Part shown: positions 1-7,799 of the stretch, one piece after another
How the letters are laid out: each line of letters starts with the position of its first letter
Position numbering within the stretch: position 1 is the stretch's first letter
Origin: Clostridiales bacterium
Lineage (GTDB): Bacteria; Bacillota; Clostridia; Peptostreptococcales; Anaerovoracaceae
Direction: 5' to 3'
DNA: 27,294 nt
NCBI GenBank assembly: GCA_012515135.1
Contig: JAAYYX010000185.1
Coordinates: 1 to 27,294 of the forward strand
The notes under the pieces: model-generated
Database searches by the model: none
The model's input: only the letters and a program-made list of their open reading frames with translations
Told to the model about the DNA's origin: nothing
Program-made: the position numbers and the translations under genes

Positions 1-393
1 AATATATCACTTTTGAATGAAAAATATTCTCTTTTTCATTTGGGACTGGTTTCTTATTCTGAAGGGATATCGGAAAGTGCCAGGGGATCCTCGGCACTGA
101 AAGAAGGTGCAGCTGAACTTTATCAGAAAACATCAGGAATACCTTCTTTGATATCAGAAAAGATAGAAAGTGCCATTTCAGAATATGATAAATCAGACTA
201 CAGAGCCACATCCTTTGTTTCAAAGAAAAACACAAAAGTCAGTATGGTGCAGTTTGTCATCAGGGCAGACGGCATAGAAAAAAAGGATAACTGCTCAAAA
301 TGCGGCACTGCAGATAAAAGATCCCCGGGCAAAAATGCCGGGATCAAAAATGGCATACAAGGAATAACAGAAAGATTCAAAGCGCTTTTTTAG
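1..393 (+). CDS. 3' part of a gene truncated by the window edge; hypothetical protein resembling the C-terminus of X-X-X-Leu-X-X-Gly heptad-repeat (YhgE/Pip-like) proteins
   Basis: The frame is open from base 1 (AAT ATA TCA CTT TTG...) to TAG 391-393, so the TTG at 13 is probably not the true start. It has heptad-like GSSALKEGAAEL, an SFVSKKNTKVSMVQFVI segment and an amphipathic end GITERFKALF. Family assignment is from memory only. Confidence 0.55.
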   Translation, partial: NISLLNEKYSLFHLGLVSYSEGISESARGSSALKEGAAELYQKTSGIPSLISEKIESAISEYDKSDYRATSFVSKKNTKVSMVQFVIRADGIEKKDNCSKCGTADKRSPGKNAGIKNGIQGITERFKALF

Positions 394-403
394 CCCATGG
401 GAT

Positions 404-427
404 AAAGGAGCACAGCTGCCTTTTTTT
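404..427 (+). terminator. Putative intrinsic terminator of the upstream gene
   Basis: AAAGGAGC-ACA-GCT(G)CCTTT hairpin (404-423, one bulge) followed by TTTT. It overlaps an alternative perfect 12-bp inverted repeat at 417-444. Confidence 0.45.
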
Positions 428-472
428 GAAAACAAAAAAAGGCATAAAAAGCTCATCGCAGCCACAAAATTC

Positions 473-501
473 TTGACCAATCCATTGAAATGCCCTATAC
501 T
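473..501 (+). promoter_or_regulatory. Sigma-A-type promoter for the valS leader
   Basis: TTGACC (473-478) - 17 nt - TATACT (496-501), just upstream of T-box Stem I. A second candidate, TTGAAA (485-490) - 16 nt - CATAAT (507-512), overlaps it. Confidence 0.65.
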
Positions 502-519
502 TACTTCATAATCTAATAT

Positions 520-735
520 AAGGCGAAGAGTGGGAGGAGTAGGAGAAAAAACTGCCCATCAGAGAAGGAGGTCCCTGGCTGAAAGATTTCCGGGAAAAGA
601 ATTTTTCGAAGGTTGCCCATGAGCCTTGCAGTTTAAAGAGTCGTATGTATCATACTGATATGTATGGAATAAAGGTGGTACCGCGGAAAATATTTCGTCC
701 TTTTATTGCCAAAAGCATTAAAAGGACATTTTTTT
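520..735 (+). ncRNA. T-box riboswitch (Val) with transcriptional attenuator
   Basis: Stem I 520-627: AAGGC/GCCTT base, GA/K-turn motif, AGTA and GAA loop-E, AGAGA bulge, GGAGGTC/GATTTCC apical stem with GGCTGAAA loop. Specifier GTT at 612-614. Stem III 641-667. T-box AAAGG-TGGTACC-GCGG...CGTCCTTT at 671-703; bulge UGGU matches the A73 discriminator of tRNA-Val. Lies upstream of valS. Confidence 0.95.
697..735 (+). terminator. T-box attenuator terminator
   Basis: GTCCTTTTA (697-705) pairs with TAAAAGGAC (719-727), followed by A-TTTTTTT. The 5' arm is shared with the antiterminator. Confidence 0.9.
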
Positions 736-755
736 ATAAAAAAGGAGCACATAAA

Positions 756-3464
756 ATGACAGAAAAAGAAATCAATATAGCCAAAACCTATGACCCAAAG
801 GATTTTGAAGAACGCATATATGAGAGATGGGAAAAAAGCGGAGCTTTCAAAGCTGAAAGAGATCCGGACAAAACTCCTTATACTATAGTTATGCCGCCGC
901 CCAACATCACAGGGCAGCTGCACATGGGACATGCCCTTGATCAGACCCTTCAGGACATACTAACAAGATGGAAGCGTATGCAGGGATTTTCTGCTCTTTG
1001 GCTCCCGGGAAGCGATCATGCCAGTATTGCCACGGAAGTAAAGGTGGTAGAAAAAATCAGGGAAGAGGAAAGCAAGGAAAAAGAAGAAATAGGCAGAGAA
1101 GAGTTCCTGAAAAGAGCATGGGAATGGAAAAAAGTATACGGCGGTAAAATAACGCGTCAGTGCAGGAAACTCGGCGACTCATGTGACTGGAGCAGAGAGC
1201 GGTTCACCATGGATGAGGGATGCAACAAAGCAGTAAATGAGTTTTTTGTTCATCTTTACAACAAGGGGCTGATATACAGAGGTAATCGTCTAATAAACTG
1301 GTGCCCGGAATGCGGCACATCTATTTCGGATGCCGAAGTAGAGCATGAAAACAAAAAAGGCGCTTATTGGTATTTCAGATATCCGTCAAAGGACGGGGGA
1401 AAAGATATGGTCGTGGCCACATCAAGGCCGGAGACCATGTTCGGTGATGTGGCGATCGCAGTGCATCCGTCGGATGAAAGATACAAGGAAATGGTAGGCA
1501 AAAAAGTCCTTCTTCCCATAGTGAACAGGGAGATACCGGTCATAGCAGATACTTATCCCGATCCGGAAAAGGGGACAGGTGCCGTAAAAATAACTCCGGC
1601 ACATGATTTTTCTGATTTTGAAGTGGGGGAAAGACACGGCCTTGAAAGATTGTCCTGCATAGATGAGGACGCAAGGATGAATTCCCTGGCAGGCAAATAT
1701 GAAGGAATGGACAGATACGAATGCAGAAAAGTCTGGGTCGCGGATCTTGAAAAGGGCGGATATCTTGTAAAAACAGAAGAAATAGAAATACCCATCGGAG
1801 GATGCTACAGGTGCAGCACGGCAGTTGAACCAATGCTTTCTGATCAGTGGTTCGTGGCAATGGAGGAACTGGCAAAACCGGCCATAAGAGCTGCAAAAGA
1901 TGGTGAACTTATACATGTGCCCGAGAGATTTGAAAAAACATATCTGAATTGGCTGGAAAACATAAGAGACTGGTGTGTTTCAAGACAGCTCTGGTGGGGA
2001 CACAGGATCCCGGCATGGTACTGTGAAGATTGCGGAGAGATAAATGTTGCCGTCAATAAGCCTGAAAGATGCAAAAAATGCGGCAGCAAAAGGATGCATC
2101 AGGATGAGGATGTCCTTGACACATGGTTTTCATCGGCATTGTGGCCCCTCTCGACTCTGGGCTGGCCAGATGACACAAAGGATCTGAGATATTTTTATCC
2201 CACATCGACCATGGTAACAGGATATGACATCATATTCTTCTGGGTAGTAAGGATGGTCTTTTCCGCCATGGAAATAACAGGAGAAGTTCCTTTTAAACAC
2301 GTATTCATACATGGGCTCGTAAGAGATCATGATGGTCGTAAAATGAGCAAGTCACTGGGAAATGGCATCGATCCCCTGGAGGTCATAAATGAATTCGGTG
2401 CGGATGCTTTGAGATTCATGCTGGCCACAGGCATAACTCCCGGGAATGACATGAGATTCCAGGAAGAACGTCTTCAAATGGCCAGAAACTTTGCCAACAA
2501 ACTTTGGAATGCATCAAGATTCGTCATAATGAATATCAAAGATGAAGAGGGGAAGTTCCTTCCCGCTGTGCCCATAGTTGCTGAAAACGAAAGACTCCTT
2601 CAGCCGGAAGACAAATGGATCATATCGACCACAAACGAGACAATAAAAAAAGTCACAGAAACCATGGAAAAGTTCGATCTGGGACAGGCAGGTCAAAAGG
2701 TATATGAAGCCATATGGAACCAATACTGTGACTGGTATATCGAGATCGCAAAAGGGAGGCTTTACGGCAGTGACGACGAAGAAAAAAAAGTTGTAAGGGG
2801 AGTACTGCTTTTCATATTGAAAGATATGCTGAAAATACTGCATCCTTTTATGCCTTTCATAACCGAGGAGATATGGGGAGCTCTTCCGGGCAACGAGGAC
2901 ACAAATGAAGATCCTTCGAAGTTTCTTATGAAGACCCTCTGGCCTTCCTATGAAAACAAAGAGCTTTATCCGGAAGAAACAAAAAAGCTTGAAATGGCCA
3001 TGGAGATAATAAGAGCAGTAAGGAACATAAGAGCAGAAGTTGAGGTCCCGCCCTCAAAGAAACTGAGTCTTGTGATACTCTCTTACGGAACGGCAATGGA
3101 AACTGCAAGATCAGGGGAAAGGTACATAAAAAAACTGGCAAATATAACGAACATATCATTTATTGAGGATAAAGAGGATATTCCCGAAGATTCCATGTCT
3201 TCGGTTACCGGAGGGGCTGAAATATTCATACCTTCCGATGATCTTATTGATTATGATGAGGAAACAGCAAGACTGACAAAAGAAAAGAACAGGCTAAAAA
3301 GTGAGGTACAGCGAGTAGAAAAGAAACTGGCTGATCCGGGATTTGTCAGCAAAGCACCGAAAGAGGTCATATCAAAGGAAAAAGAAAAACTGACCAAATA
3401 CGTATCAATGCTTGACAAAGTCTGTGAAAGGCTTGTTTATGCAGAAAGTAAAAAGAAGAAATGA
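756..3464 (+). CDS. valS: Valine--tRNA ligase (902 aa)
   Basis: PPPNITGQLHMGH (HIGH-type) and KMSKS motifs, editing domain, C-terminal coiled coil. Start moved to ATG 756 behind AAGGAG because the ORF-track start at 645 lies inside the T-box. Confidence 0.98.
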   Translation: MTEKEINIAKTYDPKDFEERIYERWEKSGAFKAERDPDKTPYTIVMPPPNITGQLHMGHALDQTLQDILTRWKRMQGFSALWLPGSDHASIATEVKVVEKIREEESKEKEEIGREEFLKRAWEWKKVYGGKITRQCRKLGDSCDWSRERFTMDEGCNKAVNEFFVHLYNKGLIYRGNRLINWCPECGTSISDAEVEHENKKGAYWYFRYPSKDGGKDMVVATSRPETMFGDVAIAVHPSDERYKEMVGKKVLLPIVNREIPVIADTYPDPEKGTGAVKITPAHDFSDFEVGERHGLERLSCIDEDARMNSLAGKYEGMDRYECRKVWVADLEKGGYLVKTEEIEIPIGGCYRCSTAVEPMLSDQWFVAMEELAKPAIRAAKDGELIHVPERFEKTYLNWLENIRDWCVSRQLWWGHRIPAWYCEDCGEINVAVNKPERCKKCGSKRMHQDEDVLDTWFSSALWPLSTLGWPDDTKDLRYFYPTSTMVTGYDIIFFWVVRMVFSAMEITGEVPFKHVFIHGLVRDHDGRKMSKSLGNGIDPLEVINEFGADALRFMLATGITPGNDMRFQEERLQMARNFANKLWNASRFVIMNIKDEEGKFLPAVPIVAENERLLQPEDKWIISTTNETIKKVTETMEKFDLGQAGQKVYEAIWNQYCDWYIEIAKGRLYGSDDEEKKVVRGVLLFILKDMLKILHPFMPFITEEIWGALPGNEDTNEDPSKFLMKTLWPSYENKELYPEETKKLEMAMEIIRAVRNIRAEVEVPPSKKLSLVILSYGTAMETARSGERYIKKLANITNISFIEDKEDIPEDSMSSVTGGAEIFIPSDDLIDYDEETARLTKEKNRLKSEVQRVEKKLADPGFVSKAPKEVISKEKEKLTKYVSMLDKVCERLVYAESKKKK

Positions 3465-4759
3465 ACGCAGAACAGAAAATAGCAAAATTCAAAAGATTCG
3501 GTAGCGTGCTGGGTCTTGAAAGAATAAAAAAACTCATGGAACTGCTGGGAGATCCCCAGGAAGAACTTAGGATCATACATGTGGCCGGGACCAATGGAAA
3601 GGGATCTGTGTGCAGGTTCATATATGAGGCGCTTAGGGCGAACGGTTATAGGGCAGGTCTCTATAACTCGCCTTTTGTTGAGGATTTTTCCGAGAGGATC
3701 GAATATGACGGGAAGGGCATCCCAAGGGATGAACTGGAGATCTGCACTGACCGGGTGATAGAAAAATCCCGGGTAATGATGCAAAACGGGTATGATTCTC
3801 CTACGGAATTTGAGATACTGACGGCAGTGGCATTTTTGTATTTCAGCAGGATGAAGCCGGATCTTGTGGTGATGGAAGTTGGACTCGGAGGCAGAGGAGA
3901 CTCTACTAATATCATAAAAAATCCTTTGATATCGGTGATAACCTCTATTTCCCATGATCACGGGGACAGATTGGGGAACACGATCAGAGAAATAGCTTCT
4001 GAAAAAGCCGGAATAATCAAATCCGGTGCCCCTGTCGTTATAAATGTGAAAAGGGAAGCAAAGATATTGCTTCAAGAGGTCGCCCGTCAAAAAGGGAGCA
4101 GTATTTTTGATGCGGGAGAAGCAAAGCCCAGGATATTGGAATGCGGTCCCCACGGAAGTATTTTTGATGTTATGCTGAATGATACTGAATATAAGGGAAT
4201 AAAGCTGAAAATGGCAGGACGGCATCAAATCGATAACGCTTTGACAGCTCTTGCAGCTATTGAAATTTTGCACAAAAATAGTATAATAAAAGTCAACCCT
4301 GAAAAAATCCGTAAAGGCATGGAAGAGGCATTTATGAAAGGCAGATTTGAAGTCATAGACATTGGCATACCATGTGTGCTTGATGGTGCACATAATGTTG
4401 ACGGGATGGCAAAACTGACAGACAGCATCGGAAGATTTTTCCCGGACAGAAAGCCTCTTTATGTGATCGGCATGATGGCGGATAAGGATGTGGATGGTAT
4501 CATATCCATACTTGCAGATTCGGCCAAAGATTTTATTGCCACAGAGCCTGATAACAGCCGCAGACTAAAAGCAGAGATCCTTTGCGGGAAACTTGCAGAA
4601 AAAGGCGCGGTATGCCATGCGGTTCCGGATGTAACAGATGCCTTTTTTGAAGCACAAAAGAGAAAAAACGGATTCGGACTGATGGTTTTTGCAGGGTCAT
4701 TGTATATGATCGGCGATATAAGAAAAAACTTTGGGAGGATATCAGACAATGGCAAATGA
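3461..4759 (+). CDS. folC: Folylpolyglutamate synthase/dihydrofolate synthase
   Basis: HVAGTNGKGS P-loop, EVGLGGRGDSTN and LDGAHN motifs; ATGA overlap with valS, the classic valS-folC pair. Confidence 0.95.
   Translation: MNAEQKIAKFKRFGSVLGLERIKKLMELLGDPQEELRIIHVAGTNGKGSVCRFIYEALRANGYRAGLYNSPFVEDFSERIEYDGKGIPRDELEICTDRVIEKSRVMMQNGYDSPTEFEILTAVAFLYFSRMKPDLVVMEVGLGGRGDSTNIIKNPLISVITSISHDHGDRLGNTIREIASEKAGIIKSGAPVVINVKREAKILLQEVARQKGSSIFDAGEAKPRILECGPHGSIFDVMLNDTEYKGIKLKMAGRHQIDNALTALAAIEILHKNSIIKVNPEKIRKGMEEAFMKGRFEVIDIGIPCVLDGAHNVDGMAKLTDSIGRFFPDRKPLYVIGMMADKDVDGIISILADSAKDFIATEPDNSRRLKAEILCGKLAEKGAVCHAVPDVTDAFFEAQKRKNGFGLMVFAGSLYMIGDIRKNFGRISDNGK
4260..4287 (+). promoter_or_regulatory. Candidate internal sigma-A promoter inside folC
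   Basis: TTGAAA (4260-4265) - 16 nt - TATAAT (4282-4287). Motif match only, within coding sequence. Confidence 0.3.
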
Positions 4760-5690
4760 AAAAAGAAAAAAAGTGCTGCTCTTTTATAATCCCCACTCCG
4801 GTGACGGACTGTTCAAAAATAACCTGGACTTTATAATTGAAAAAGTACAGGCAAAGGGTATGCAACTTATCCCGGTAAGAGCAGCCAGGGACAATATGAT
4901 AGAAAATGCCTTTGAAAGCATAAAACAGGAAGACTACAGGCAGGTAATAGTGGCCGGCGGTGATGGAACGATCAATATATGTGTGAATTCAATGATCCGA
5001 AATAATGTTGATCTTCCGCTGTCGATTTTCCCTGCGGGAACTGCAAACGATTTTGCCTATTACTTCGGTCTGCCTCATGATATCGAAGATATGCTAAGAA
5101 TAGCCATGGGCGAAAACTATACATATGCTGATGTGGGAAGATGTAACCAAAAATATTTTGTTAATGTGGCTGCCATGGGAACGCTGGTGGATGTGAGCCA
5201 GAAAACAGATCCCAACCTTAAAAACACCATCGGGGTGATATCATATTATCTTAAGGGCCTTTCGGAGGTGCCAAACCTGAAACCGTTACCGATAAAACTC
5301 ATAACGCCCGAAAAAACATATGAAGAAAACATGTATTTCATGGTAGTAATGAACGGAAAATCTGCAGGAGGTTTCAAAAAAATATCTCCGGATTCAGATA
5401 TAAACGATGGCAAGCTGGATGTTATTCTTTTCAAAGAGATGCCTATAGTTGAGCTCATACCGCTACTGGTAAGCATATCCCAAGGCAGGCATCCGAAACA
5501 TAAAAAAGTCCTGGCCTTTCAGACAGAAAAGCTGAGGCTGGAATCTGACGTTGAAGTGCCGACGGATGTGGATGGTGAAAGAGGAGAGAAGTTCCCTCTG
5601 GATTTCGAAGTGATACATAAAAAACTGAAAATATTTACTGAAACCAATAATATAAAGGAGAAGGATGCTGGAAACAAACGCAGACTATAA
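4749..5690 (+). CDS. Diacylglycerol/lipid kinase, YegS/DgkB/BmrU family (313 aa)
   Basis: NPHSG, VAGGDGT, PAGTANDFA and DVDGE motifs; ATG 4749 behind GGAGG. Confidence 0.88.
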   Translation: MANEKRKKVLLFYNPHSGDGLFKNNLDFIIEKVQAKGMQLIPVRAARDNMIENAFESIKQEDYRQVIVAGGDGTINICVNSMIRNNVDLPLSIFPAGTANDFAYYFGLPHDIEDMLRIAMGENYTYADVGRCNQKYFVNVAAMGTLVDVSQKTDPNLKNTIGVISYYLKGLSEVPNLKPLPIKLITPEKTYEENMYFMVVMNGKSAGGFKKISPDSDINDGKLDVILFKEMPIVELIPLLVSISQGRHPKHKKVLAFQTEKLRLESDVEVPTDVDGERGEKFPLDFEVIHKKLKIFTETNNIKEKDAGNKRRL

Positions 5691-6114
5691 CAGCCTGAAA
5701 GAGTTTTTTATAAAAAACGGTCTTGAATATGAGGATGACGAAAAAGTCGATGATCACATCGTTTGTTCGTGGCAGATAAGGGAAGGCCAGAAGCAAAGTA
5801 TAATTGCGGGAGCCCTGCTCATTAAGAGTAAGGGCGAGTTTATCCTGGACGGAATAGCCGTTTCGCAAAGTTACAGGAAAAACAGGAAAGGTTCACTCCT
5901 TTTGGGTGAAGTAATAAAAAAAGTCAGGCAGATGGGAGGAAGAAGGATGTACCTTACAGCAAAGGTTCCCGATTTTTTCAGGAAGGCAGGATTTGAAACG
6001 ATATCCTTCCAAGATGGTCCGGATTATTTCGACTGTTTGTCATGTCCCCAGTACGGCAAAAAATGCCGACCTGAGGTAATGGTTCTGGAGGTGGAAAATG
6101 AGAATAATTCTTGA
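5665..6114 (+). CDS. GNAT-family N-acetyltransferase with C-terminal Cys motif
   Basis: Acetyl-CoA motif IAVSQSYRKNRKGSLLL, FFRKAGF, and terminal DCLSCPQYGKKC; RBS GGAGAAGG. Confidence 0.75.
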   Translation: MLETNADYNSLKEFFIKNGLEYEDDEKVDDHIVCSWQIREGQKQSIIAGALLIKSKGEFILDGIAVSQSYRKNRKGSLLLGEVIKKVRQMGGRRMYLTAKVPDFFRKAGFETISFQDGPDYFDCLSCPQYGKKCRPEVMVLEVENENNS

Positions 6115-7117
6115 CGGAATGGGGGGAGACAATGCTCCTGCGGCAATTGTGGAAGGAGCAGTTAAAGCGGCAGAAGAAATAGAAGATGAAATATATATAA
6201 TAGGCATCGAAAATATTATTAATGAAGAACTGAAAAAATATAAATATGATGAAAACAGGATACGTGTATTCAATGCCGACGAAGTAATAAGCAATCAGGA
6301 GGCCCCGGTCAAAGCAGTAAGAACAAAAAAAGGGTCATCCCTTGTAAAAGGGATTGGGATGCTTAAAGAAGGAGAAGGAGATATTTTTATTTCTGCCGGA
6401 TCAACAGGTGCCCTTATGGCCGCAGGCCTTTTTACCCTCGGCAGGATACCGGGAATAGACAGACCTGCCATTGCCGCCATATATCCAATGATGGGAGGGA
6501 TACCATCTCTTCTGGTCGATGCCGGTGCAAACTCCGAGTGCAAACCTGATAATCTGCTGGAATTTGCCATAATGGGAAGTATATATATGGAAAAGGTGAT
6601 TGACAGAAAAAATCCCAGGGTCGGACTTGTAAATATCGGAGAAGAAGAGAACAAAGGCAGCACACTTACAAAGGCCGCCCATGAACTTCTTGACAGAAGT
6701 CATATTAATTTTATAGGCAATGTGGAAGCCAGAGATGTGCCAAAGGGTGTTTGCGATGTTATCGTATGCGATGGCTTTGTGGGCAATGTCATATTAAAAC
6801 TGACAGAGGGACTGGCATGGAACATACTGAAGCTTCTTAAGAAGAAATTCACGGAAGGGGCAAAGGCAAAATTGGGTGCGGTTTTTCTTGCAGGCAAGAT
6901 GAGAGAGCTGAAAGCCGAATTTGATTATTCCGAATACGGAGGGGCTCCCATACTGGGCGTAAAAGGACCCCTCATAAAAATGCATGGTTCTTCGGGAGCA
7001 AAAGCTGTGAAGAACACGATAATAAAAAGCATACCATATGCTGAAAAAAAGGTAGTAGATACTATTCAAAATGCGGTTTTGGATATTGAGGAGATAATCA
7101 TAAGTGAACAGGACTGA
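6098..7117 (+). CDS. plsX: Phosphate acyltransferase PlsX
   Basis: MRIILDGMGGDNAP start, ISAGSTGA, IDRPAIA, DAGAN, CDGFVGN and YGGAPILG motifs; RBS GGAGGTGG. Confidence 0.96.
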   Translation: MRIILDGMGGDNAPAAIVEGAVKAAEEIEDEIYIIGIENIINEELKKYKYDENRIRVFNADEVISNQEAPVKAVRTKKGSSLVKGIGMLKEGEGDIFISAGSTGALMAAGLFTLGRIPGIDRPAIAAIYPMMGGIPSLLVDAGANSECKPDNLLEFAIMGSIYMEKVIDRKNPRVGLVNIGEEENKGSTLTKAAHELLDRSHINFIGNVEARDVPKGVCDVIVCDGFVGNVILKLTEGLAWNILKLLKKKFTEGAKAKLGAVFLAGKMRELKAEFDYSEYGGAPILGVKGPLIKMHGSSGAKAVKNTIIKSIPYAEKKVVDTIQNAVLDIEEIIISEQD

Positions 7118-7799
7118 ATTTCAGCAGCTGATAGGATATTACTTCAAGGATATAGAGTTGTTTGAAAAAGCATTGACTCACAGCTCTTTTTTCCGCGGAA
7201 GAGGCATGGGACCCGGCAAGGACAATGAGCGCCTTGAATTTCTGGGAGATGCTCTTCTTGATGCAGTTATCAGTGAAGAACTTTACAAAAGGATGCCCTC
7301 GGGAGAAGAAGGAAAACTTTCAAAAACAAGGGCCCTTGTGGTCTGTGAGACTTCTCTTGCCCAAATAGGCAATTCTCTTTTTATCGGGGATATACTTCGT
7401 CTTGGAAAAGGAGAAGATATAAGCGGAGGAAGACACAGGGATTCCATTATAGCCGATGCAGTGGAAGCGGTCATAGGAGCAGTATTCCTTGACGGGGGAT
7501 TCGATGCCTCCAAGAAGGTCGTGCTGCCTCTATTTGAAAAAACCCTGAAAATGGCCATGGACGGAAAACTGAAAAGTGACTACAAATCTGAATTTCAGGA
7601 AATGGTGCAAAGCAGCGGAACCGCCGAAATAGGCTATGTTCTTAAGCGGGAGGAAGGCCCGGATCATGACAAAACTTTTTATGTAGATCTTTTTGTGGAC
7701 GGACAGGAAGCCGGTAAAGGCACCGGTAAAAGCAAGAAAGAGGCCGAGCAGAATGCTGCAAAAGAGGCTATAGCAAGGAGAAAACAGAATGTATTTTAA
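7104..7799 (+). CDS. rnc: Ribonuclease III
   Basis: NERLEFLGDA signature, ADAVEAVIGA, C-terminal dsRBD (DYKSEFQE...KSKKEAEQNAA); GTG start behind GAGGAG. Confidence 0.97.
   Translation: MNRTEFQQLIGYYFKDIELFEKALTHSSFFRGRGMGPGKDNERLEFLGDALLDAVISEELYKRMPSGEEGKLSKTRALVVCETSLAQIGNSLFIGDILRLGKGEDISGGRHRDSIIADAVEAVIGAVFLDGGFDASKKVVLPLFEKTLKMAMDGKLKSDYKSEFQEMVQSSGTAEIGYVLKREEGPDHDKTFYVDLFVDGQEAGKGTGKSKKEAEQNAAKEAIARRKQNVF

Noticed and set aside
404-751. AAAGGAGCACA repeated at 404-414 and 741-751
   Set aside because: The first copy has no start codon after it and is explained as a terminator arm; the second is the valS RBS. An 11-nt purine-rich match is weak.
645-755. 37-codon N-terminal extension of valS in the ORF track
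   Set aside because: It runs through the T-box antiterminator/terminator, has no RBS and no ValRS similarity; ATG 756 has AAGGAG.
3412-3440. TTGACA near the end of valS as a folC promoter
   Set aside because: No acceptable -10 at 16-18 nt spacing (GTTTAT/TTTATG).
3437-4393. 318-aa minus-strand ORF opposite folC
   Set aside because: No recognisable motif, RBS or promoter; shadow of a well-supported gene.
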